64,000 nt of DNA from Hemiscyllium ocellatum (taxonomy: Eukaryota): the NCBI RefSeq assembly GCF_020745735.1, contig NC_083405.1, forward strand, positions 124,845,584 through 124,909,583, written 5' to 3'. Every line of letters begins with the position of its first letter. The stretch's first letter is position 1. Position numbers and translations under genes: made by a program. Positions 27,261 through 38,536 of this stretch are shown here, piece by piece. Below the pieces are notes generated by a model. The model was not told where the DNA came from. It was given only the letters and a program-made list of their open reading frames with translations, and ran no database searches.

Positions 27261-28248
27261 AGTTTTGAGAAGATTTGTAGCTCAGGTTAAGGTTCTTGGT
27301 ACATGTTTGCTTGCTGAGCTGGATGGTTCCTTTTCAGACGTTTCATCACCATACTAGGTAACATCTTTAGTGAGCCTCCGGATGAAGCAGCACTGGTATT
27401 TCCTGTGTCTGTTTCTGTGTTCGGGTTTCCTTGGGTTGGTGATGTCATTTCCTGTGATGATGTCATTTCCTATTGTGGTGCCATTTCCTGTTGTTTTTCT
27501 CTGGGGGTGGTATATGGAATCCAAGTCAATGTGTTTGTTGATAGAGTTCGGTTGGATGGCCATGCTTCTAGTTCTCATGCGTGTCTCTATTTTGCTTGTC
27601 CTAGGATGAATGTGTTGTCCCAGTCAAAGTGGTGCCTTTCCTTATCTGTCTGTAAGGGTACTAGTGAGAGATGGTCATGTCGTTTTGTGGCTAGTTGATG
27701 TTCGTGTATCCCGGTGGCTAGTTTTCTGCCTGTTTGTCCGATGTAGTGTTTGTTACAGTTCTTGCACGGTATTTTGTAAATGACATTAGTTTTGCTTGTT
27801 GTCTATATAGGGTCTTTCAAAAGGAATGGGTATCCAATGAATACAGTCCACCGATTTCTCAGCAACAAACCCCAAAAAGCAGACAAAACACGTCCAGAAA
27901 CCCTAGCCCACTCTCCCCTACATCAAAGACATCTTGGAAATGACTGCCACACTACTCAGATCTCTTGGCATCATGGTAGCCCACAAACCCACCAACACAC
28001 TAAAACAGCAGTTAATGAAAGACCCGATACAGACAACAAGCAAAACTAATGTCAAACTAAAACAAGAAAATGGCTTCATGATAGGAAATGATGTTACCAC
28101 AGGAAATGATATCACCAACCCAAGGAAATCCAAACATACAAATAGAAAGCAGGAAACACCAGCGGTGTTTCGACCATAGGTTCACTGAAGATGTTACCTA
28201 GTATGGTGACGAAATGTCTGAAAAGGAACCTTCCAGCTCAGCGAGCAT
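27261..28248. mobile_element. Penelope-like fold-back insertion (minus arm about 27261-27815, plus arm to 28248), GIY-YIG remnant, hammerhead-like motif 28181-28222
   Basis: ORFs PNSINKHIDLDSIY (27354..27578 -) and MVAHKPTNTLKQQL (27934..28179 +). Motif TTCA CTGAAGA T GTTACC tagtat GGTGAC GAAAT GTC TGAA. Confidence 0.8.
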
Positions 28249-28601
28249 CCACATTTCCTTTATTTTCCTGAAGTTCAACTCCACATTTAAAATGCTCCCA
28301 ATTTGGTGTATTATTGTAGCTGATTATTTTCTTTCACAAATGCAAAGAAATAAACACTATTACTGAAGAGTTAGTCAGTAGTATATACGGTTATCAAATA
28401 CAAAGGTATTGCTGTGCCTGATTGTAATTAAAACAATACACATTTGGTTTAGTATTAGTGAGGATTTTGATTAACTTCTATGGATAATGGAATCTGGTAA
28501 CAGCAGAATGTTTATTCTAGGGAACATATTGATTCAGAATTGTAACAATCATATTTCAACTGAATTCCATAATTATGAATTAATTTGCTATTTCCTTATA
28601 G

Positions 28602-28868
28602 CAATGCCTGTACTTTTCAAAAAAGGACTACAGAATGTTGAAGCAGAAGAGGATAGTACTGCTACTCTACACTGTGAAGTTACGAAACCTAATGCCTTAA
28701 TTAAATGGAGGAAAGGATCAGTAGTAATTCAATCCAGTGACAAGTACAAACTAAAGCAAGAAGATTCAAATATTAAACTGCTTATTCAAAAACTGAAGCC
28801 AGAAGATGCTGGTGAATATACCTGTGACTCTGGAGATCATCAGACCACTGCATCATTAACAGTAAAGG
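28602..28868 (+). CDS. obscn: Ig-domain exon D (267 nt, phase 1-1)
   Basis: Acceptor tttccttatag ends 28601, donor gtatgg at 28869. Reads MPVLFKKGLQNVEAEED...LHCEVTKP...WRKG...DAGEYTCDSGDHQTTASLTVK. Confidence 0.9.
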
Positions 28869-29117
28869 GTATGGAAAGAAAATCTTAATGATTGTTGATT
28901 TACATCAAACATTGTATCCATGGAGCTGATCATCATTTCTATCTTAAATTCAAAAGATCATTCCCCCAAGTATTTTGTGCTTATATAGAGGTATTAGTAT
29001 GAAGAGTATTGTTAAAAATATTCTGTGAGATGTATATCTGTGTGATATTTTTGGAGTCCCTTCAACTAACCATTTTACCAAAGCCTACACCAATGTCACT
29101 TCGGTCAGTCATTGAAT

Positions 29118-29335
29118 TACAGGTCATTTTGCTGTTACGTGTGTTCCGTTAATGCAAGGTCGCCGTCATGCGATTGACAAATTGAGAACACTGTTTCTAA
29201 AGTGCGAATGTTTAAAACATGTGTTGGCTGTAATGTGCTTGTCAACACTTTAAGCACTGTTTCTACAGTGAAACTTTTTTATGATATGGGGTTGCACAAG
29301 AGTGCAATCATCGCGTTATAGAAGAACTATCAGTA
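29118..29335. mobile_element. Possible old Tc1/mariner (Tigger-like) MITE
   Basis: Imperfect inverted ends tacaggtcattttgctgttacg / cgcgttatagaagaactatcagta with TA at the termini. Confidence 0.4.
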
Positions 29336-31280
29336 CTGGAAATAACATGGCAGCAGATCACCAGTTTCTGCCAACAAGCTTCTGGAGTAAAGAATAAAGG
29401 CGTTCCGGTTTCTTATTTTTAGAAACATGGAAGATAGGAGCAGGAGGAAATCATTTGGCCCTTTGAGTCTGCTCCACCATTCATTATGATCATGGCTGAT
29501 CATCCAACTCAAGAGCCTAATCCTGCTTTCACCCCATAACCTTTGATCCCATTTGCCCCAAGTGCTATATCCAGCCACCCCTTGAATATATTTGCCATCA
29601 ACTACTCCCTGTAGTAATGAGTTCCACAAGCTCGCTACTCATCTCCATCCTAAATGGTCCACCACAAATTGTCAGACTGTGACCCCTGGTTCTGGACACA
29701 GCACCATCGGGAACATCCTCTCTGCATCTACCCTGTCTAATCCTGTTAGAATTTTCTCTAAGTCTTTGTGAGATTCCCCCCTCATTTGTCTGAACTCCAG
29801 CAAAAACAATCCTAACCTAGTCAATCTCTCCTGTTATCATGCAGCGATTGATACCCCTCTGATATTTAAAATTGAAACACTCAGGGAGGATAACCTCACC
29901 TCATAATCTTCGTCAATTTCTGGTGTCCAAAATGCCTTTCTCTGTCAAATTCTTGAGTCAGGAATATAACTAAGAATGATGTGTACCTTTAGGTGATGTT
30001 TAATCGGAGCTTAAAGATTTCTGTGAGAACCCGATACTTACTGTTCTGATGACAGTTGGCTCTCTGCTGATTTTCAAAAATCCTGATTTTATATACCCCC
30101 CCCCTCCACAGTGACACATTTAAATTCTTATAATTTGATTGGCTTCCAGGTATCAAAACAATCCGTTTTAAATTCAATCGGTCCTTAGTCTCCAATTATC
30201 TTTTTCAATTAATTGTCTGAATTTAAACTGTTGTGTGAGTAAAAATGCTACATGGGCCTGCTAATCTTTGACACACTTATTTCAGTTTTGGTGCTTTCTA
30301 CACAATGGTTGCAAACTTCCAAGCACGAACAAAGCATAATCCCTTAAAGGCACGACACACTGCTTTTCAATTCATTTTACAATTTTACCATTTTTATGTA
30401 CCATCTTCTTGCCACTCCTCATATGTCAGTCCTGCCATCCCCGGAGTCAGCCTGATAACTCTTTGTTGCACTTGCTTGAGAGCAAGAGCGTCCTTTCTCA
30501 TAAAAGGAGACCAAAACTGCACACAATATTCTGGGTGTGATCTCACAAAGGTCCTGTATAACTGCAACAAACGTCCCTGCTCCTGTAGGCGAAACCTCTC
30601 ACAATGAAGGCCAATATGCCATTTGCCTTCTTTACCTCTTGCTCCAAGTGCATGCTCACCTTCAGGACACCCAGGTCCCATTGCATACTCCCCTCTCCAA
30701 CTTACCAGCCTTTCAGGCCGTAATCTGCCTTGTTTTAGCTTCCAAAGAAATAACCTCATATTTATCCAAAGTATACTGCATCTACCATTGATTTGCCCAT
30801 TCACTGAACATGTCTAGATCATGTTGAAGGATCTTTGCATCCTCGTCATAGTTCACCTTCCTACCCAGCTTCGTATCATTTACAAACTTTGAGATGTTAC
30901 GTTTTGATCCCTCATCCAAATCGTTCATATATATTGTGAATAGCTGGGGCCAAAGCATCAATTCCTATAGCACCCCACTAGTTATTACCTGCCAATTTGA
31001 AAAGGACCCATTAATATTTACTCTTTTTGGTTTCTCTCTATCAAACTGTGTTCTATCCATCTCAAAACAGTTCCCCTAATCCATTGTGCATTAATCTTGC
31101 AAAATAATTTCTTATGTGAGATTTTGTCAAACATTTTCTGCAAGTCCTAATATACCACATCGACTAGTTCCCCATTGTCAACTCTACTAGTTACATCTTT
31201 ATAGAATTCCAACAGATTTGTGAAGCATGATTCCCCCTTCATAAATCCATGCTGTCTCTGTCTGATCCTGCCAATGCTTT
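29335..31280 (-). mobile_element. CR1 LINE remnants (3' UTR 29335-29830; RT part 30400-31280, continuing after the SINE at 32101)
   Basis: ORF fragments LYRTFVRSHPEYCVQFWSP and RQHGFMKGESCFTNLLEFY. Confidence 0.75.
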
Positions 31281-31725
31281 GAGTAAAAAGTGAGGTCTGC
31301 AGATGCTGGAGATCAGAGCTGAAAATGTGTTCCTGGTTAAAGCGCAGCCTTCCTGATGAAGGGCTTGTGCCCGAAACATCGAATTTCCTGTTCCTTGGAT
31401 GCTGCCTGACCTGCTGCGCTTTAACCAGGAACACATTTTCAGCTCTGATCTCCAGCATCTGCAGACCTCACTTTTCCCCAAGACGGGAATTGAACCGGAG
31501 TCCCTGGCGCTTTGAGGCAGCAGTACTAACTACTGAGCCACCATGCCATCCCACTAAATGCTCCACTTTATAGTGGAGCATTTAGAAAGCATTGGCAGGG
31601 CTGAAAATGTGTTCCTGGTTAAAGCGCAGCCTTCCTGATGAAGGGCTTGTGCCCGAAACGTCGAATTTCCTGTTCCTTGGATGCTGCCTGACCTGCTGCG
31701 CTTTAACCAGGAACACATTTTCAGC
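31281..31725. mobile_element. Composite Penelope-derived insertion: two hammerhead-containing hairpins plus an inverted copy of downstream flank; 14-bp TSD
   Basis: Arms 31286-31348/31413-31475 (63 bp, perfect) and 31477-31630/31695-31848 (154 bp, 1 mismatch). TSD cctgccaatgcttt at 31267-31280 and 31726-31739. Confidence 0.8.
31632..31665 (+). ncRNA. Minimal type I hammerhead ribozyme motif (Penelope type), all core positions intact
   Basis: TTC CTGATGA A GGGC ttgt GCCC GAAAC GTC GAA: stem I TTC/GAA, stem II GGGC/GCCC, palindromic ACGT in place of helix III, GUC triplet. Activity not shown. Confidence 0.7.
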
Positions 31726-31771
31726 CCTGCCAATGCTTTCTAAATGCTCCACTATAAAGTGGAGCATTTAG

Positions 31772-32100
31772 TGGGATGGCATGGTGGCTCAGTGGTTAGT
31801 ACTGCTGCCTCAAAGCGCCAGGGACTCCGGTTCAATTCCCGTCTTGGGCAACTGTCTGAGTGGAGGTTGCACATTCTCCCAGTGTCTGCCTGGGTTTCCT
31901 CCAGGTGCTTTGGTTTCGTCCCACAATCCAAAGATGTGCAGGTCAGGTGAATTGGCCATGCTAAAGTGCCCGTAGTGTTAGGTGCATTAGTCAGTGTGAA
32001 TGTAGGGGAATGGGTCTAGGTGGGTTGCTCTTCGGACAGTCGGTATGGACTTGTTGGGTCGAAGGGCCTGTTTCCACACTGTAGGAAATCTAATCTAATC
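31772..32100 (+). mobile_element. HE1-type SINE
   Basis: A box tggctcagtgg, B box ggttcaattcc, V-domain-like core, (taatc)n tail. Confidence 0.85.
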
Positions 32101-32585
32101 CTTGTTAATGGAGTTGAGAATTTTCCACACTATCAATATTAGGCTATTGGTCTAAAATTCTTTCCCTATCTCTCTTCTTGAATATTGGAGTGACATTAGC
32201 TGCCCTCCAATCTGCAGCGACTGTACCAGAGTCTATATCATTCACTTCTATTTTAAGCAGCATTGCATGGGTTTAGCTTCTCTTCTGAAATGTCCCAGTT
32301 AGGTGTCCAGTACCCAGATTATATGCATGTTTCTTGGAGTGGGTTTTGAACTTGCAACTTTCAGACTCAGGCAAAACTTAATTATTTGCTTTTTCATTTG
32401 TCTCTTTACTGTAAACATTTAAGTGTGACATTGGTATAGGGCTGATAAAATGTTAACACTATATTGTTAAACTCATACAATTGCTATATTAGATTGGAAG
32501 TTGGCTTGGTTGGAATTTATGGTCATTCATGCATCAGTTCTTGAGAAAATTAAGTATTCAGAAATTGAATTACTGTTTCCCTTAG

Positions 32586-32852
32586 CTCTGCCTGCACTTT
32601 TCAAACAAGAACTGCAGAACACAGAAGCTGAAGAGAATAGTTCTGTCATTCTGTGCTGTGAGATCACTAAACCTGATGTTCCGGTTGAATGGAGGAAGGG
32701 ATCTACAGTACTTCATCCAAGTGACAAGTATGCCATGATGAAACAAGGTTCCTCCATTGAACTTCTTATTCGCAATATAAGTCCTGATGATGGAGGGGAG
32801 TATACCTGTGATTCTGGAGATCAGCAGACTACAGCCTCTTTGAAAGTCAAGG
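32586..32852 (+). CDS. obscn: Ig-domain exon E (267 nt, phase 1-1)
   Basis: Acceptor tttcccttag ends 32585, donor gtatgg at 32853. Reads LPALFKQELQNTEAEENSSVILCCE...WRKG...DGGEYTCDSGDQQTTASLKVK. Confidence 0.9.
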
Positions 32853-33157
32853 GTATGGCAGTCATTCCTACTGATCATAGTCAGATTCTCATGAATTTTT
32901 ATTTTATAAGATGTCACGTGAAGCTCATTTTCTCATTCTGATGTTCATTATTTTATTAAGTTCCTGGACAACTTCCTGGAATGTTTTCTCAGAATAATAC
33001 TGAATCATCATTTCCACCTTTCTGCAAAATACAGTACTTCTTGATTAACTGTGAATCGCAACTTTTATAAGCAACATTATTCAATCAGTCCAGTATAAGC
33101 TTTAACTTGCGTAGATTCATCTCTCTTTCATAAAGATCAATAGATGGTATTTGTTGA

Positions 33158-33310
33158 TACAAAAACAGAGATTGCTGGAGAAACTCAACAGGTCTGGCAA
33201 GATCTGTGAGAAGAAAGCAGAATTAACATTTCATACTATGAGTGACTCTTCATACTATTGAGTTTCTCCAGCAATTTCTGTTTTTGTTTCAGATCTCCAG
33301 GATTTGTAGT
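33158..33310. mobile_element. Old Penelope-derived fold-back remnant
   Basis: aaaacagagattgctggagaaactcaa / ttgagtttctccagcaatttctgtttt inverted arms. Confidence 0.55.
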
Positions 33311-33529
33311 TCCTTAATTTATTTTAGCACTTACTGATACCTCTGTCATACTTTATCATCACCTACAAATTGATAATCCTTTTCTTATTTGCAAACTATT
33401 GTTTCTTCTGACGTGTTTTCAAAACTATTTTTCCCTCAGTTTGATTCCACTCAAATGATTTAATTTTCTCAAATTTTCCTTTTATTTTCTTCAACAATGA
33501 TCTTGCAGCCACAGTATTTATATGGCTAG

Positions 33530-35400
33530 CTCAATTTAGTTTCTGGTCAATGGTAACAACCCCAGGATGTTGATAGTGAGGGATACTAATGCCCTTGAAT
33601 GTCCAACCACAATGTTTAGATTTTATCTTGTTGGAGATGGTCATGATTTAGGCGGCACTTGTATGGCTTGAATGTAACTTGTCATATGTCAACCCAAACT
33701 GCAATATTATCCAGGCCTTGTTGCATTTAGATATGAATTGCTTCAGTATCTGCGAAATTGTGAATGGTGCTGAACATCATGCAATCAATAATGAATATCA
33801 CCATTTCTGACCTTATAATGGAGGGTAGGTGATTGATGAACTCGCTGAAGATAGGACCATTTACCTTGAGGAACTCATGTAGAGCTGTCTTAGATCTAAA
33901 ATGACTGACCTCCAAGCACTACAACCAGTTTCATTTATGCCAGTTATAACTAACTACTGGAGAGTTTTCCCCTAATATCCAATGATTCCAGTTTTGCCAA
34001 TGTTCCTAAATTCCATAAGGAGTCAAATGTGGTACTGACGTCAAGTGCACTGAGGTCTTTTCGCTGGGGTGGAGGAGTCCAAAACTGGAGGCCATAGGCT
34101 TAAGGTGAGGGGGGAAAGACTTAAAAGGGACCTAAGGGGCAACGTTTTCACACAGACTGTGATCCGTGTAGGGAATGAGCTGCCAGAGGAAGTGGTGGAG
34201 GCTTGTACAATTACAACATTTAAAAGTCATCTGATTGAGTATATGAATAGGAAGGGTTTGGAGGGGTATAGGCCAAGTGCTGGCAAATGGGACTTGATTA
34301 ATTTAGGATATCTGGTTGGCATGGATAAGTTGGATTGAAGGGTCTGTTTCTGTGATATACATCTCTATGACTCTCGCCTTATGTGTAGAATTCAGTTCTT
34401 TTATCCCCATGTTTGAACAAAGGCTATCATGAGGTCAGGAGCTGAATGACCTGGCAGGACTCAGACTGAGTATTATGAAGCAAGTGCTGTTTCTTCACAC
34501 TGTTAATTACACCTCCGTCACTTTAGTGATAATCACGAGTGGACTGATGTGGTGGTAATTGGCCAGATTGGATTTAACCTATGTTTTATGTACAGGATAT
34601 AGCTTGGCAATGTTCCACATTGTCAGTATGTGCCAATGTTATATCTGTACCAGAACAGCTTGGCTAGAGACTGGATTAGATTAGATTCCCTACAGTGTGG
34701 AAACAGGCCCTTCGGCCCAAAAGTCTACACCGACCCTCTGAAGAACAACCCACCCAGACCCATTTCCCTACACCTAACACTATGGACAATTTAGCATGAC
34801 CAATTCACCTAACCTGCACATCTTTGGACTGTGGGAAAAAACCGGAGCACCCAGAGAAAACCCACGCAAACACGGGGAGGATGTGCAAACTCACACAGAC
34901 TGTCGCCCGAGGAGGACATTGAACCTGGGTCCCTGGCGCTGTGAGGCAGCAGTGCTAACCACTGAGCCCCATGAGATGTTGCAAGTTCTCAAGGGCACTA
35001 CTGCAACACTATTGCCCGAATGTTGTCAGGGTCCATAACCTTTGAAGTATTCAATGTTTCCAGCTGTTCCTTGATATCATGTGGAATAAATCGACTTGGC
35101 CTAAGACTGTGATGCTACATGTCTCTGGAAGAATCTGAGATGGATCATCCACGCAGTGTGAAGATTGTTGCAAATTGGTCAGCCTTAGCTTTACACATTG
35201 TGCTCAACTCCCTCATTATTGTTGGTAGGTATATTTGTGGAGCCTCCTCCTTGAGTTGTCTAATTGTTTTCTACCATTCACACTGAATATGACAGGACTG
35301 CAGAGCTTAGATCAAATCTACTGTTTGTGGTTCACAGCTCTATCACTTGCTGCTTTATGATGTTTGGCTTCTTAAGGTTCACAGCTGGTGGTAATCATGC
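33530..35400 (-). mobile_element. Decayed L2/CR1-group LINE interrupted by a CR1 3' end (34050-34375 +) and an HE1 SINE
   Basis: ORF 33727..33915 reads GPIFSEFINHLPSIIRSEMVIFIIDCMMFSTI, a decayed RT core (GP.IF..FINDLPS...FADD). Confidence 0.6.
34674..34972 (-). mobile_element. HE1-type SINE
   Basis: Reverse complement of the same SINE; gattagattagattccc tail at the left end. Confidence 0.85.
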
Positions 35401-37044
35401 AGCAGATTTTGGAAGTTCAAACCGGTTCAAGTCAACTTGCCTCTAGCAAGAAGACACTTGCCCTGTTTGAGCTGATGCTGTGAAAGGTAATATATTTCAT
35501 AGTCAATGTTGAGGTCTCCCAGAGCAACTCACTACTGACTGTATACCACTGTCTCACCATTTCTGCTGAGTTTGTCCTGCTGGAATCAGAGGACATATCC
35601 AAAATGTTTGGGGCATTTTGTATAAGGTATGATACCAGATCATGAGTTAGTCTGTCACCATAGACTTCCATCCATGGAGTCTCACCTGTGGCAAGGAGTG
35701 CTGCTGGTCGCTCTATATTTAGCACTTATACAGATATACTTGAAACATATGAACATTAACATCAGGAACATTTAAGCAGAGGTAAAGAGGGACCTACAAG
35801 CCTTTTTCATCCATGCCACAGAAGTACCTTCTATACGTTTTATCCTTTTTCTCCCTCCCATCCCTAGTTTCACAGCTGTAATGGTGGAAGCTGCTCATTT
35901 GTTGGGGGGCTCCTGTGTGAAGACAGGCCTGATGTGCCAAGTGTCTTCTTGCTAGAGGCAAGTTGACTTTAACCGGTTTGAACTTCCAAAAGTTGGAGGG
36001 GAGCGGGCAGACCGGAGATGGAGGGCCTGACCGTCCCTGCAATGTCCTGAGTGGCAAGTGCAGTCGGGCTGATGTGTGATTCTGCCTCTGGTTGGGCATC
36101 TCCTGGCACCCCTCCCTCTCATTCTGAGGAGAGGATACCTGGACTGGGACAAGGTTTCCTACTCCCACTGTCACCATGTCTTTGAGGATCAAATAGTTGG
36201 GCAATGGAACATAAGTGTGTATGCTCCAGCCACCCCTAAGGTACTGGGCTTGGCCCCTTATACTACCACCAACTATCCATGGAGGCACACATATAGTCAC
36301 AGGAATTTCTGCATTGATGCAGCTTCTGGCTAATGAGAACCATTGTGCCCCATATGCCTGTCTGCCACTGCTGCTCCTACCTGTGCATTTTCATTAAGTT
36401 CCAGATTGCCAATACCATAGCATCATGTCTTGCTGGGCTAAGCAGATACCTGGACTGTGGCAATCCTCCTCGTGCGAACTGCCTAGTCTGTTTTTTCCTT
36501 GGCAACATGAAGAAAAGTCTGATTGTGTATTCACACTTCCTGTGTCTGCAGTCTCCCCCAGAGTGTCAGTATCTTGGTTGGTGGCATGTGTAGGAGGCAG
36601 CCTTGTCAGTAATTCCTTTGAGGTCTCGGTTCTATTGTCCTCAGATCCAGGAGTATAGTTTTATTGAGTTAGGTGCTACTGTGCATAGGTTGTGGGGAGG
36701 CTAGTGAAACCTGCAAGACAAAAGAGTGAGGAGGAGTCCAGCCAATGGTTAGATGTCTTGTGCACTGATTGAAGTAACAATAGGGTTAATGTAAGATTTG
36801 CTTTGGAACTAAGAATGGTACTTACTCATTTGATAGGGCATGGATGTTTTGCCATCACCGTGGAAGCAGTCCTGGGTTTCTGCTGTAAGGGCCAGAACTC
36901 TCTTCTCATAGAGGCTACCCCTCCACCCGTACAGTCTGTCTCTGTCCTCTTATGGGTTGTCTTCCCTTATAATGAGAAAAATGGATGTATGAGTAATACT
37001 GAAGTATAAGGTACAGCTGTTAGAGCTTGTGCATATGGGCTGAA

Positions 37045-37400
37045 CACAGAACATAGAACAGTACAGCACATGAAAGGGTCCTTCGGCCCTTGATGTTGTG
37101 CCGACCATTAAGCTAAGTTAAATTAATCCCTTCTGCCTGTTCTTGGTCCACATCTCCATTCCTTGCATATTCATGTTCGTATATAAAAGTCTCTCAAATG
37201 CTCCTATCATGCCTGCCTCCATCACCACTCCTGGCAGCGCATTGTAGACTCCTAACATTCCCTGGAAAAAAAAACTTGCCCCTCACATCTCCTTTGAAAT
37301 TTTAGCTGAAATGCATGCCCCCTGGTATTAGACGTTTCAAATCTGGGGAAAAAGATTCTGACAGTCAACCCTGTCTATGCATCTCATAATTTTATAAAGT
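37045..37400 (-). mobile_element. CR1 3' end fragment
   Basis: acatagaacagtacagcac...cttcggccc 3' UTR in reverse. Confidence 0.65.
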
Positions 37401-38312
37401 CAGAAGTCACATGACACAGGTAATAGTCCAACAGGTTTATTTTAAATCACTTCCTTTATTCCTCAATGGACAAATCAGATGGGCAAGGGAGAGTGCACCA
37501 GGGATTGTTCCTTAATGCAGTCAACTGTACATCCTGTCCAGGAACAATATATTTTACATATAACAATGTGTAATGAGATGGGATTACTAAGAAATATCAT
37601 AGTTAAGTATCCTCTAGGGGGTAGCAATTACAAGATGGTAGAAGTTCAAATTCAGTTTCAGGGAGAAAAGTGCAGGTCTGAAATTAGTGTGTTCAACTTA
37701 ATTAAGGGCAATTACAGAGATATGAAGAGAGAGTTATCTACAGTGGTTGGAGATATGGACTAAGGGGAAAATAAGTGACTGCCTAGTGGTGACAATTTGA
37801 GCAGATAATTTCAGAGCATTTCATAGTGCTCAGTAAAAATTTATTGCAGTCAAAATGAAGGACTCTGCCAACTTTGTACCACCTGTGATTAACAAAACGA
37901 GTCAAGGAGCTTATTCAATCAAGAACAAAGGCATACAAAGTGACAAAACTAATGGTAGGCCAGAGGATTGAGATTTTTTTGGAACCAGCAAAGGATGACT
38001 AAGAAACTAATAAAGAAGGAAAAACTTTATTATGAATGTAACTTGGCAAGAAATATGAAAACAAACTGCAAGAGCTTCTATTTGTATATAAAAAGAAAGA
38101 TGTCACCCTTAGTGGATGCAACTGAGGAATTATGCACATGGAAGAGAGAAACAGCAGATAATTCAAAATAAGATTTTGCGTTGGTCTTATACTGGAGGAC
38201 CACTATAAATATCTCAAGGATAGCAAGTAAATAAGGTGCTCATGAGAGGAAAGATCTTGTAACTGTCTCTATGCTGAAGGACAAAATATTTGACAAACTA
38301 ATTAGGAGTATA

Positions 38313-38536
38313 AAGTTAAAAATCACACAACACCAGGTTATAGTCCAACAGGTTTAATTGGAAGCACGCTACCTTTCGGAGCGACGCTCCTTCATCAGGT
38401 GATAGTCACTATCACCTGATGAAGGAAGGTCGTTCCGAAAGCCAGTGAGCTTCCAATTAAACCTGTTGGACTATAACAGGTGTTATGTGATTTTTAACTT
38501 TGTACACCCCAGTCCAACACCGGCATCTCCAAATCA
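38313..38536. mobile_element. Penelope-derived fold-back element, family 2, two opposed hammerhead-like cores, 14-bp TSD
   Basis: Palindrome centred on 38407 (tcatcaggtgatagt-c-actatcacctgatga). TSD taattaggagtata at 38299-38312 and 38537-38550. Confidence 0.8.

Noticed and set aside
31286-31848. CRISPR-like repeat-spacer array
   Set aside because: Only two units, inverted geometry, no unique spacers or cas genes; eukaryotic context.
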